Shown here in pieces: positions 38,856-48,368 of a stretch of DNA of 64,000 bases. The notes under the pieces were generated by a model. That model saw only the letters and a program-made list of their open reading frames with translations, was not told where the DNA came from and did not search any database. Position 1 is the first letter of the stretch. Each line of letters begins with the position of its first letter. The translations under genes and the position numbers were made by a program. Source of the DNA: Verrucomicrobiaceae bacterium (GTDB lineage Bacteria; Verrucomicrobiota; Verrucomicrobiia; Verrucomicrobiales; Akkermansiaceae). Location of the stretch: the NCBI GenBank assembly GCA_051252135.1, contig JBPOGH010000004.1, forward strand, positions 96,001-160,000. The letters are read 5' to 3'.

Positions 38856-39317
38856 GTGAGAATTTTGTTGGGTCTTGTTTGCTTGTTGGTGGTGTCTTGT
38901 GCGAACGAGGAGATGTTGCGGGTGAGGCAGTTTCCGTTGCGGGAGACGGAGGTGGACCGGAATTATTTCAGGTCGTCGCGGGAGAATCAGTTTATTCGGG
39001 GCGAGATTAACAACCGGGTATACGGGGCGGTGACGAAGGAGGAGCGGGAGGCGCGGAAGGGTGATTATTATACGGTGTCGTGGGACTTGTTAGGTGGGCG
39101 TGAGAAGGTGGGGGTGATTTTTGAGTATCGGCAGACGAAGACGGGTGCGGATGTGAAGCGGATGAAGCGGGAGTTTCCGGCGTCGGTGGAGGGGAAGACG
39201 GAGTTTCAGGTGATTGGGGAGGCGTTTCAGAAGGGGGGGCGGGTGTTGGCGTGGCGGATGACTTTATTGGAGGGCGGGAAGACGGTGGCGGTGAAGAAAT
39301 CGTATCTGTGGGATTAA
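38856..39317 (+). CDS. Hypothetical lipoprotein
   Basis: GTG start, lipobox LVVSC; the track start at 38703 only translates the tandem repeat. Confidence 0.7.
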   Translation: MRILLGLVCLLVVSCANEEMLRVRQFPLRETEVDRNYFRSSRENQFIRGEINNRVYGAVTKEEREARKGDYYTVSWDLLGGREKVGVIFEYRQTKTGADVKRMKREFPASVEGKTEFQVIGEAFQKGGRVLAWRMTLLEGGKTVAVKKSYLWD

Positions 39318-39322
39318 TTTCG

Positions 39323-40216
39323 GTGAGTGCGGGGGATGATTTGTGGGTGGCGTCTTATGAGCTGGAGTCGGCGGGTGCCTTGAACGCGGTGTCGGAGCGG
39401 CGGAAGTTTCGCGGTTTTTTGATTCGGTCCGGGAGTGGTTACGGGTGTGTGCATCCGTGGCCGGAGTTGGGTGATGCGACGGTGGAGGAGTGTTTGGAGG
39501 ATCGGGGGAATCGTTTGGTGCGGCGGGCGCTGCGGTGTGCGGCGGCGGATGGTGCGGCGCGGGAGCGCGGGGTTTCGCTTTTTGATGAAGTGAGGGTGCC
39601 GGTGAGTCATGCGACGCTTCCGGTGGCGAACCGGGAGGCGGTGATGGGGGCGCTGGAGGCGGGATTTGAGGTGGTGAAGGTGAAGGCGGGTGGGGAGTTG
39701 GATGGACTTGTTGAGTTGATGAGGGAGTTTGGGGAGGTGCGGTGGCGGTTGGATTTTAATGGAGCGGGTGAGGTGGGGGAGTTGAGGAAGCTGAAGGCGG
39801 TGGCGGAGCGGATTGATTTTGTGGAGGATCCGGTGGTCTATGATGTGGCGGGGTGGCGGGCGTTGGGTGAGGAGTTGGGGGTGACGCTGGCGAATGACCG
39901 GGAGGCGGAGCGGGATGAGGGGTCGCGGGTGGTGGTGGTGAAGCCGGCGGTGAGTGAGGTGGATGATTTTTCGGAGCATGGAGGCCGGGTGGTGGTGACG
40001 AGTTATATGGATCATCCGGTGGGGCAGGCGTGGGCGGCGTATGAGGCGGGGCGGTGCGGGATTGGGGAGGTTTGTGGTTTGCAGACGCACGGGTTGTTTG
40101 CGGCGACGGCGTTTACGGAGTGCCTGGGTCCGGTGGGCCCGGAGTTTGGCGGGGCGTCGGGAACGGGGCTGGGATTTGACGGGTTGTTAGAGGGGTTGGA
40201 TTGGCGACGATGGTGA
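39323..40216 (+). CDS. menC: o-succinylbenzoate synthase-like enolase superfamily protein (start uncertain)
   Basis: HPW.ELGD, KVK (KxK), RLDFN, F.EDP, A.D, V.KP, TSYMDHP.G, CGL.T; adjacent to a MenE-like gene. Confidence 0.8.
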   Translation: MSAGDDLWVASYELESAGALNAVSERRKFRGFLIRSGSGYGCVHPWPELGDATVEECLEDRGNRLVRRALRCAAADGAARERGVSLFDEVRVPVSHATLPVANREAVMGALEAGFEVVKVKAGGELDGLVELMREFGEVRWRLDFNGAGEVGELRKLKAVAERIDFVEDPVVYDVAGWRALGEELGVTLANDREAERDEGSRVVVVKPAVSEVDDFSEHGGRVVVTSYMDHPVGQAWAAYEAGRCGIGEVCGLQTHGLFAATAFTECLGPVGPEFGGASGTGLGFDGLLEGLDWRRW

Positions 40217-40261
40217 AACAAACGGCTTGCGCGATTTGCGAAGGGGCTCGACCATTTTGGT

Positions 40262-41344
40262 ATGAGAGAATGTGAGTGGAAGGGGGCCGGGGATGGTGCT
40301 CCTTTGCTGATGGACCGGGATGGGGGATTGCAGGATTGGGCGGCGGGTCAGGAGGAGTTGCGGGGGACGGTGATTTTCCGGACGTCGGGAAGTTCGGGGG
40401 TGGAGAAGTGGGTGGCGATTGCGAGAGAGGCGCTGGAGTGGTCGGCTGATCGGGTGATTGGGCATTTGGGGTTGGGGGGTGATGATGTTTTTGGGTTGGC
40501 GCTGCCGGTGTGTCATGTGGGTGGGTTTGGGGTGGTGGTGCGTGCGGAGCGGAGTGGTGGGAGGTTGGTGGAGTTGGAGGGGAAGTGGTCGGTTGAGGGT
40601 TTTGTGAGGCTATGTGAGGAAGAGGGGGTGACGGTGAGTTCGCTGGTTCCGGCGCAGGTGAAGGATTTGGTGGCGGCGGGGGTGCGGGGGCCGGAGGGGC
40701 TGCGGGTGGTGGTGGTGGGAGGCGGGAGTTTTGAAGATGAATTGGCAGCGGAGGCGCGGGAGTTGGGGTGGCCGGTGGTGGCGAGTTACGGGATGACCGA
40801 GACGGGATCGCAGATTGCGACGGGGGAGGGATTGCCTTTGATTGAGGGGTGGGAAGTGCGGGTGAGGGAGGGGCTTTTGGAAGTGCGGGGCGGGGGGCTT
40901 TTGAGCGGGGTGATCACGCGGGTGGGAGAGGGGTTTGAGTTTGTGGATCCGAAGGTGGAGGGGTGGTTTCGGACGTCGGATCGGGTGGAAGTTGATGGAG
41001 GAAAGTTGAGGGTCTTGGGGCGGGCGGACCGGCGGGTGAAGGTGTTGGGCGAGTTGGTGGATTTGGAGGCGCTGGAGGAATTCTGGAGTGAGGTGACGGG
41101 AGGTGAGGTGGCCCTTGTCACGGAGCCTGATGAGCGCCGGGGCTTGAGATTGCATCTTTTCTTTGAGGGTGGGGGCGAGGGGATCGGTGGGAAGAACGAG
41201 GGGCTTCCGGGTCCGGAGAGGCTGGAGGGATGGACGAATCTTAAGAGATTGCCGGTCAGTTCGCTGGGTAAAATTGACCGGGCAGAGATGATAAAAATTC
41301 ATCGTGAAATGCATTGCCTTCGAGATGAGGTGCGTTTTACTTAA
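40262..41344 (+). CDS. menE: o-succinylbenzoate-CoA ligase-like AMP-binding enzyme
   Basis: TSGSSG.EK, LP..HVGG, SLVP.Q, SYGMTET.SQ, TSD, LGRAD..VK..GE, LGKIDR. Confidence 0.8.
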   Translation: MRECEWKGAGDGAPLLMDRDGGLQDWAAGQEELRGTVIFRTSGSSGVEKWVAIAREALEWSADRVIGHLGLGGDDVFGLALPVCHVGGFGVVVRAERSGGRLVELEGKWSVEGFVRLCEEEGVTVSSLVPAQVKDLVAAGVRGPEGLRVVVVGGGSFEDELAAEARELGWPVVASYGMTETGSQIATGEGLPLIEGWEVRVREGLLEVRGGGLLSGVITRVGEGFEFVDPKVEGWFRTSDRVEVDGGKLRVLGRADRRVKVLGELVDLEALEEFWSEVTGGEVALVTEPDERRGLRLHLFFEGGGEGIGGKNEGLPGPERLEGWTNLKRLPVSSLGKIDRAEMIKIHREMHCLRDEVRFT

Positions 41345-41423
41345 GTAATCTTAAATTTTGAGAAAATCCCGAAGTGAGGCAGGTGGGGGTGAAGACCCCC
41401 GGAGCCTTGAAACCCCCAACAAC

Positions 41424-42932
41424 ATGATTGAGTCCCCGAAAAAGACCAAGACGTCGGCGAAGACCTCTTCCGAAGAGGTTCGCCTTTCTCCACAACAACT
41501 AGCCGAGTTTGGCTTCAAATCCCCGGGAGTTCAGGGGAAGCATTACGTGCTTGATACGAATGTGCTGTTGCACGATCCGGGGTGCTTGAACCGGTTCCAG
41601 GACAACCATCTGTGCATCCCGACGGATGTTCTTTCCGAGATGGACCGGTTTAAGAACGAGCAGACCGAGCGGGGGGCGAATGCGCGGAAGGTGCACCGTG
41701 AATTGAGTGCGCTCTTTGAGCCGGGCGGGAAGGTGACCGAGGGGGTTCCGACGGATGGAGGGGGGACGATCCGGCTGGTGATTTATGATCCTTCGATGTG
41801 TGAGAAGAGCTCGGCGGAGTTGCAAAAGTTCCATCGGATTTTCCCGGATCGGGAGCGGGTGGATCACCGGATTTTGGCGTGCACCCTTTTGCTGCAAGAG
41901 CACGTGGAGCCGCCGGTGGTTCTGGTGACGAAGGATTTGAATATGCAGTTGAAGGCGCGTGCGGTGGGTATTGCCTGTCAGGATTATCTGAACGATAAGG
42001 TGGATCCGCAGGAAGTGGCGAAGAAGGAAATGTATCGCCTTGAGGTGGATTCCAATGAACTTCAGCGCTTTGCGAGTTCCGGCGAGCTGGAGTTGGATGC
42101 CGAGCGATTGGCAGCGCTGCACATCAATCAATACGTGCTTTTGCAGGCGGGGGAAAAGCAGACGATGCCGGCGCGCCTGGCACCGGGCGGAACGCATGGA
42201 CGATTGGTGCGGCTGATGATTCCCGAGGCGTTGCGGATTCCCGACGGGAAGAGTCTGAAGCCGTTGAATCTGGGTCAGAAGTGCTTTATTGATGCGTTGT
42301 TGAATCCTGAAATTTCGTTGGTGACCTGTTACGGTCAGGCGGGAACGGGCAAGACGCTGGTGGCGATGGCGGCGGGATTGCACGGGGTTTTTCAACGTGA
42401 CTACACGGGGCTGACGGTCTCGCGTCCGGTGGTGGCGATGGGGGATCAGCTGGGATTTTTGCCGGGCTCGCTGGAGGAGAAGATGCGTCCCTGGTTGCAG
42501 CCAATTTATGATGCGCTGGAGCTCTTGATGAGCCCGGAGACTCCGAAGGGACCGAGACGGAAGCGGGCAAACAAGACGGAGGCGCAGGTGAATGCGAAGC
42601 CGTATGATGATTTGCTGGCGCAGGGGATTATCGAGGTGGAGGCTCTGGCTTATATTCGCGGGCGTTCCATTCCGCAGCGTTATTTCATCCTGGATGAGGC
42701 GCAGCAGTTGACGCCGCAGGAGGCGAAGACGGTGGTGACGCGGATGTCGAAGGGATCAAAGCTGGTAATGGTGGGCGATCCCGATCAGATTGATAATCCT
42801 TACGTTGATAGTCGCAGCAATGGTCTTGTATTTACGCGGCAGCGGATGCGGGGCGAACACTTTGCGGCGCATGTGACCCTGACCCGGGGTGAGCGAAGCG
42901 ATCTTGCGGAAGCAGGTGCGCGCCTGATGTAA
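41424..42932 (+). CDS. PhoH family protein with N-terminal PIN domain (PhoH2)
   Basis: YVLDTNVLLHDP, D.RIL, LVTKD.N...KA (PIN); G.AGTGKT, GFLPG..EEK, IRGRS, DEAQ, GD..QID, ERS.LA (PhoH). Confidence 0.94.
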   Translation: MIESPKKTKTSAKTSSEEVRLSPQQLAEFGFKSPGVQGKHYVLDTNVLLHDPGCLNRFQDNHLCIPTDVLSEMDRFKNEQTERGANARKVHRELSALFEPGGKVTEGVPTDGGGTIRLVIYDPSMCEKSSAELQKFHRIFPDRERVDHRILACTLLLQEHVEPPVVLVTKDLNMQLKARAVGIACQDYLNDKVDPQEVAKKEMYRLEVDSNELQRFASSGELELDAERLAALHINQYVLLQAGEKQTMPARLAPGGTHGRLVRLMIPEALRIPDGKSLKPLNLGQKCFIDALLNPEISLVTCYGQAGTGKTLVAMAAGLHGVFQRDYTGLTVSRPVVAMGDQLGFLPGSLEEKMRPWLQPIYDALELLMSPETPKGPRRKRANKTEAQVNAKPYDDLLAQGIIEVEALAYIRGRSIPQRYFILDEAQQLTPQEAKTVVTRMSKGSKLVMVGDPDQIDNPYVDSRSNGLVFTRQRMRGEHFAAHVTLTRGERSDLAEAGARLM

Positions 42933-42964
42933 GTTTTGGGCATTTTTGAACGTCCTTCTCCTTG

Positions 42965-43537
42965 ATGAATCGACTTTTCCTCATTGGCTTCGCTTTACTG
43001 GCGGGGTGTGGTGCTCCGCGTCAAGCGGCGCCACCGGCGTGGGGACCTGCGGTTTCGAACGAGCTGCGGGCGCTGGGTTTCGGCAACTGGATCATTGTGG
43101 CGGAGGCATCGTTTCCGGTGCATTCGGGGCGCGGGGTGCGCACGGTGGTGGTGGATGCGGAAATTCCGGAGGTGGTGGATTACATCGTGGATAGCTACGA
43201 CCATTCCGAGAATGTGCGGCCGGGGTTCAACACGGCAAGGGAGTTGCCCTTTGTGGAGAATGACCGGGCCCCGGGGGTGGATGAATTTCGCAAGCGGCTG
43301 CAGGAGGCGCTGCATGGAAACGAAGTGCGGGAGATGGATCACCGGTCGCTGGCGCTTCTGGCGCAGAATAATTCGGGAAAATTTGCGGTGCTGGTCTTGA
43401 AAACGAGGACGACTCTGCCTTACTCGAACGTCTTCATCGAACTGGACACCGGCTATTGGGATCGCGAATCCGATGATGCGCTGCGTGAGACGATGAGGAA
43501 GGCCCGTGAGCAGGCTCCTACGGTTACCGAGCAATGA
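42965..43537 (+). CDS. RbsD/FucU-fold lipoprotein
   Basis: Lipobox LLAGC; LG.GNWI.VA.ASFP and V.KT...LPYS.VF..LD.GYW resemble RbsD/FucU. Confidence 0.65.
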   Translation: MNRLFLIGFALLAGCGAPRQAAPPAWGPAVSNELRALGFGNWIIVAEASFPVHSGRGVRTVVVDAEIPEVVDYIVDSYDHSENVRPGFNTARELPFVENDRAPGVDEFRKRLQEALHGNEVREMDHRSLALLAQNNSGKFAVLVLKTRTTLPYSNVFIELDTGYWDRESDDALRETMRKAREQAPTVTEQ

Positions 43538-43842
43538 AAGCTGATCTAGAAAAACTAAACCGCGAGCGTGAAGAGGCTTGGGTGGGTGATGCCGTATTGG
43601 CGCTGTATGTCCGTGAATGGTTATTGCGGGAGAAGGGGAAGATTGATGGGGAGGCGTTCATTCGATTTAGCTCGAACGATTTTTTAAGGATCGTGGGGAA
43701 TCCGACCTCGGTTGAGGCGGAGATTGGCCGTATTTACCAGGAAGGTGGCTTGCAGGCGGGCTTTGACCATATTGAGGCGAAGCTGCTTCCGTTGTTTGTG
43801 CAGCGGGAGAAAGTGCGGGCGCGGCAGAATTCGCGGAGGTAG
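43534..43842 (+). CDS. Minimal ribonuclease III-like domain protein
   Basis: AWVGDAVLALYVRE (cf. RNase III/Mini-III signature GDA), SN..L, T.VEA.IG.IY...G; no dsRBD. Confidence 0.7.
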   Translation: MKADLEKLNREREEAWVGDAVLALYVREWLLREKGKIDGEAFIRFSSNDFLRIVGNPTSVEAEIGRIYQEGGLQAGFDHIEAKLLPLFVQREKVRARQNSRR

Positions 43843-43850
43843 CTGCCCGG

Positions 43851-44426
43851 CTAGGGCATATTGAGGGGTTCGAAGCCGCCTTGGGTGGCGGATTTTTTGT
43901 GGTTGGCGACCTGGAGAACGCCGACAACGGTGCCGAGGCGGGGGCTGTAGATGGGGGAGCCGCTCATGCCTCCGGCGGAGAAGGGGCGGGAGGTCTTGAA
44001 CATGTATCGGAATTGCCCGCCCTGCGGGGTGAGGGCGATGGTGGCAGGGATTTTTTTGCTTCTGTTGAGGATGAAGACCCGGTCGCCGATTTGGAGTTCG
44101 GTTTCGCCGGTGTAGGGGAGGGCGTTGGAGGTGTCGAGCGAGGGCGCGGTGTAGGTCCAGACCTGGAGGTCGTTTTGGGTGTGGACGCGTTTTTTGAGGA
44201 CGAGGGCGCCTTTTTCGTCGGGGAGTTTGAGTTGTCCGCCGGGAGCGGTTCCGCCCTGGTGGATGGAGCAGGCGAGGTAGAGGTTGCCTTTGTGCTGGAA
44301 GTGGAAGTAGGCGCCGGGGAGGGTGAGGTGGTGGATGGTGGCGTAGGTGGGGACGCCGGATTGGCGCGGTGTTTCCCGGGAGCAGGAGGCGAGGAGAAGG
44401 AGGAGCGGAAGGAGGACCTTTAACAT
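43851..44426 (-). CDS. Small lipoprotein with trypsin-like serine protease motifs
   Basis: Lipobox LLASC; CSIHQ, NDLQV, GGMSGSPI, VVGVL. Confidence 0.6.
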   Translation of the reverse strand: MLKVLLPLLLLLASCSRETPRQSGVPTYATIHHLTLPGAYFHFQHKGNLYLACSIHQGGTAPGGQLKLPDEKGALVLKKRVHTQNDLQVWTYTAPSLDTSNALPYTGETELQIGDRVFILNRSKKIPATIALTPQGGQFRYMFKTSRPFSAGGMSGSPIYSPRLGTVVGVLQVANHKKSATQGGFEPLNMP

Positions 44427-44453
44427 CGGGGGCAGGGTGGCATAGGGGTGGGC

Positions 44454-44491
44454 AAAAGAAAAGGACTCGGGCGCGGGGCCGGAGTCCTTTT
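44454..44491 (-). terminator. Terminator downstream of leuB (potentially bidirectional)
   Basis: AAAAGGACTC...GAGTCCTTTT hairpin with an additional A tract on the left side. Confidence 0.7.
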
Positions 44492-44575
44492 AAAGATGGG
44501 AGTTCTTGGTTGATCAGCGGCGGGGGCGCCGCGGCTCTTTTGTTGAACGGGGCAGGATGCCCCGGCTCCTTTGTG

Positions 44576-45688
<1,113 letters not shown>

Positions 45689-45804
45689 TTAGGGGGAAAT
45701 GGCGGGATTTGCAAGATGTTGCGAGAGAATGGGGTGAGGAAGGAGAGGGGCATGGTGGCGACGATCTTTCGATACACCCGGAGATGATTCGACGTATTGA
45801 TCTG

Positions 45805-47664
45805 ATGCAGTTTCGAGATTTGGTGTGCGTGGGTTGGCTTTTCTTTAGTTTTTCGGGGGTGCTGGGGGCGCAGAAGATGCCGAAGGAGGATGTGGTGGAA
45901 GTGCCGGCGGTGGGGGAAGGGCTTTCGGTTCACAATTTGTTTCAATCGAAGATGGTGATTCAGCGGGACAAGCCGGTGGCGCTTTGGGGGTGGGCAGAGG
46001 CAGGAGTGGAGGTGAAGGTGACGATGAAGGGGCGAAGTGAGATGGTGAAGGCCGGGGGTGATCGGTTGTGGCGGGTGACATTTCCGGCGATGCCGGCGAG
46101 CGGGGAAGCGATGAGCATTTTGGTGGAGAGTGGAGGCGAGAAGGTGACGCTGGAGAATGTGTTGGTGGGGGATGTTTGGATTTTGGGTGGGCAGAGCAAT
46201 ATGGAGTTTCCGTTGTCGAAGGTGGAGAACGGGAATCTGGAGATTGTTTCGGCGAACTATCCGGAGATTCGGATTTTGACGGTGCCGGTGAAGGCGGGGC
46301 CGGAGGTGGCGAGGTCATTTGCGCGCTTGCATGAGTGGAGCAGCTGGTTCGGGCAACATTTCCGGAAGGGGGATTGGGATGTGTGCACGCCGGAGATTGC
46401 GCGGGAGTTATCGGCGATTGGTTATGTCTTTGCGCGTCGGGTTCATATGGCGAGTCAGGTGCCGATTGGGGTGATTGATATTTCGCGGGGTGGGACGACG
46501 GTGGAGACGTGGACGCCCGAGGAGGTGCTGCGGGGGATGGAAGACGAGACGGTGAAGGGGCTGCTTGAGGAGTGGGATACGAAAGTGAGTGAGTGGGATG
46601 CGCAGGCGGATCTGGAGAACCGGATCGAGCGGCACCATCAGTGGGTGGAGCGGATGACGAAGGAGGGGAAGAGGACGGATGGGCGGGAGTTGCCGACGGA
46701 CCTTCGGCCGGGGCCGCTTTATGATGCGAACCGTCCGGGGAATTGTTTTGCGGGGATGGTGGGGCCGATCAAGGGGTTGGCGGTGAAGGGGGCGATCTTC
46801 CACCAGGGGTATAACAATTGCTTTAAGGGGACGGAGGGAGCGGTGATGTATCGGGCGATTTTTCCGAAGATGATTGAGGCGTGGAGGGGGGCTTTCAATG
46901 ATGCGGAGATGCCCTTTGGGATTCTTTCGTTGTGCACGGACGGGACGAAGCAGACTTTGGAAAATTACAGTGAGTTGATGGGGAATGCGGGGCCGTTGAT
47001 TCGGGAGGCGCAGTATCAGACTTATCTGGATTTGGTGGAATCAGGAGATGAGAATGTTGGGTTCACGAGCACTTATGATCTGAGGCGTCGCTGGTATCAT
47101 CCGCAGCTGAAAGTTCCGGCGGGTGAGCGGATTGCGCGGTGGGCGCTGGTGAGTGAGTATGGCATGGAGAAGGAGCTTCGCTGGAAACCGCCGGTGCTTC
47201 GTGAAATGAAGAGGACGAAGGGAGGTCTTGTTTTGGAAATGAGCGAAGAGGTGAGTGGAGTGGATGATGGGGGGGTGATCGAGGGCTTTGCGATCGCGGG
47301 GGAGGACCGGAAGTTTCACCCGGCGAGAGCGGATCATTTGGAGATTCAGAAGAACGGGCAGGGGAAGCCCCAGAAGGAGAGGAAGATGATTCTTCTGAGC
47401 AGTGCGATGGTTCCTGATCCGGTGCATTTTCGCTACGCGTGGGGACGGAATCCGATGGGGAATTTGCAGGCGCATCACAATACAGACATTCCGTTTGCAA
47501 CGCAGCGGAGTGACGACTGGCCGATGGAGGAAGTGCTGGTTGAGGCCGGGGACGGGACGCTGAAGATCGAGCGCTTTGAGGGGAGGAAGTTGCAGGCGAT
47601 GCTTCGGAGAGAGGATGAAGCGCGGCGAGTGAGGGAAGCGGAAATGATGATTGAGGGGCAATAA
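45805..47664 (+). CDS. Sialate O-acetylesterase (SASA, SGNH) family secreted protein
   Basis: MVIQRDKP..LWG.A, VLVGDVW..GGQSNME, SAIGY.F, GG...E.W, KG.I..QG.NN, HP..K...G.R, RYAW..NP. Confidence 0.88.
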   Translation: MQFRDLVCVGWLFFSFSGVLGAQKMPKEDVVEVPAVGEGLSVHNLFQSKMVIQRDKPVALWGWAEAGVEVKVTMKGRSEMVKAGGDRLWRVTFPAMPASGEAMSILVESGGEKVTLENVLVGDVWILGGQSNMEFPLSKVENGNLEIVSANYPEIRILTVPVKAGPEVARSFARLHEWSSWFGQHFRKGDWDVCTPEIARELSAIGYVFARRVHMASQVPIGVIDISRGGTTVETWTPEEVLRGMEDETVKGLLEEWDTKVSEWDAQADLENRIERHHQWVERMTKEGKRTDGRELPTDLRPGPLYDANRPGNCFAGMVGPIKGLAVKGAIFHQGYNNCFKGTEGAVMYRAIFPKMIEAWRGAFNDAEMPFGILSLCTDGTKQTLENYSELMGNAGPLIREAQYQTYLDLVESGDENVGFTSTYDLRRRWYHPQLKVPAGERIARWALVSEYGMEKELRWKPPVLREMKRTKGGLVLEMSEEVSGVDDGGVIEGFAIAGEDRKFHPARADHLEIQKNGQGKPQKERKMILLSSAMVPDPVHFRYAWGRNPMGNLQAHHNTDIPFATQRSDDWPMEEVLVEAGDGTLKIERFEGRKLQAMLRREDEARRVREAEMMIEGQ

Positions 47665-47868
47665 TACCACTCCGAGTTCCAAAATAGCGGAATGTTTGTT
47701 TTAAGGGCTCATTTTTGAACAGCACTGTGTGGAGTTGATCAAGCCGAGCGCTTTCTTGAGATAGCGGCGTTTTTCCTCGGTTGTGGTCTCCAGACCACGC
47801 CCTCGTCATGCCTTGCTCTCTCAAGAAATCACTTCGGCATTCCGCTATTTTGAAACTCTACTTGGTAT
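47664..47868. mobile_element. MITE (non-autonomous, ERIC/IS630-like), 199 bp core flanked by TA
   Basis: 31-bp imperfect terminal inverted repeats ATACCActccGAGTTcCAAAATAGCGGAATG / CATTCCGCTATTTTGaAACTCtactTGGTAT; TA at 47665-66 and 47866-67; internal long hairpin. Confidence 0.8.
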
Positions 47869-47903
47869 AAAAACCCCGGACCACTGGAGAGCGGGCCGGG
47901 GCT
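47869..47903 (-). terminator. Rho-independent terminator of the HMA (seleno)protein gene
   Basis: Minus strand AGCCCCGGCCCGCT-CTCC-AGTGGTCCGGGG-TTTTT, about 22 nt after the TAA at 47926. Confidence 0.75.
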
Positions 47904-47925
47904 AAAAGTTGATTTTTTGAGGAGG

Positions 47926-48264
47926 TTATGAAGCCTTCTCGGTGGCACCAAATCCCTTCTTTTTGAGGGCTTCGATCAAGTCATCAACTTTCACCGAATC
48001 GGCGGCCGTGACGACTGTTTCTGCATTGGTTCCCTCTTTGGGACCGACTTTGACCTTGGAGACACCTTTGACGCTTTTAAGTGCAGCCTGCACTTTTTTT
48101 GGACATCCAGCGGCTCATTTAAGGCCCGTCACTTCAAGAGTGACGGTTTTTTCATCGGCTGCGACGACCTCGGGGGCCGTGGTCGCACCGATCACAGCAG
48201 GAGCCGCAAGAGCTCCAACCGTCAGGGCTACCGAGGCAGCCAGCATAGTGGTAATGGTTTTCAT
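47926..48264 (-). CDS. Exported heavy-metal-associated (HMA/MerP-CopZ-like) domain protein with in-frame TGA; candidate selenoprotein (Sec50)
   Basis: MKTITTMLAASVALTVGALAAPAVIGATTAPEVVAADEKTVTLEVTGLK-U-AAGCPKKVQAALKSVKGVSKVKVGPKEGTNAETVVTAADSVKVDDLIEALKKKGFGATEKAS* (112 aa). The TGA at 48115-48117 occupies the first Cys of the HMA metal motif. Confidence 0.8.
48072..48114 (-). promoter_or_regulatory. Candidate bacterial SECIS element
   Basis: Immediately 3' of the UGA: upper stem AAGUGC-AGGCU-GCACUU (48095-48079) with G in the apical loop about 25 nt after the UGA; possible lower stem CGCU/AGCG. Confidence 0.6.
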
Positions 48265-48368
48265 TTTACTTAATTGTTGTGGACGGGAAATGATTTCTCC
48301 ATCCATCGGAGAGTTAAGCATAAATGTGGCGTAAGTGCCTAAGGGTTATTTATTCCCGGAAAGTTGGG

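Noticed and set aside
48115..48321. 68-aa ORF from the track as a complete small protein
   Set aside because: It stops in the middle of an HMA motif and the frame continues to 47926. It is better explained as the 5' part of a UGA-recoded (or nonsense-mutated) gene starting at 48264.
47942..48334. 130-aa + strand ORF
   Set aside because: Antisense shadow of the HMA gene with no recognisable features.
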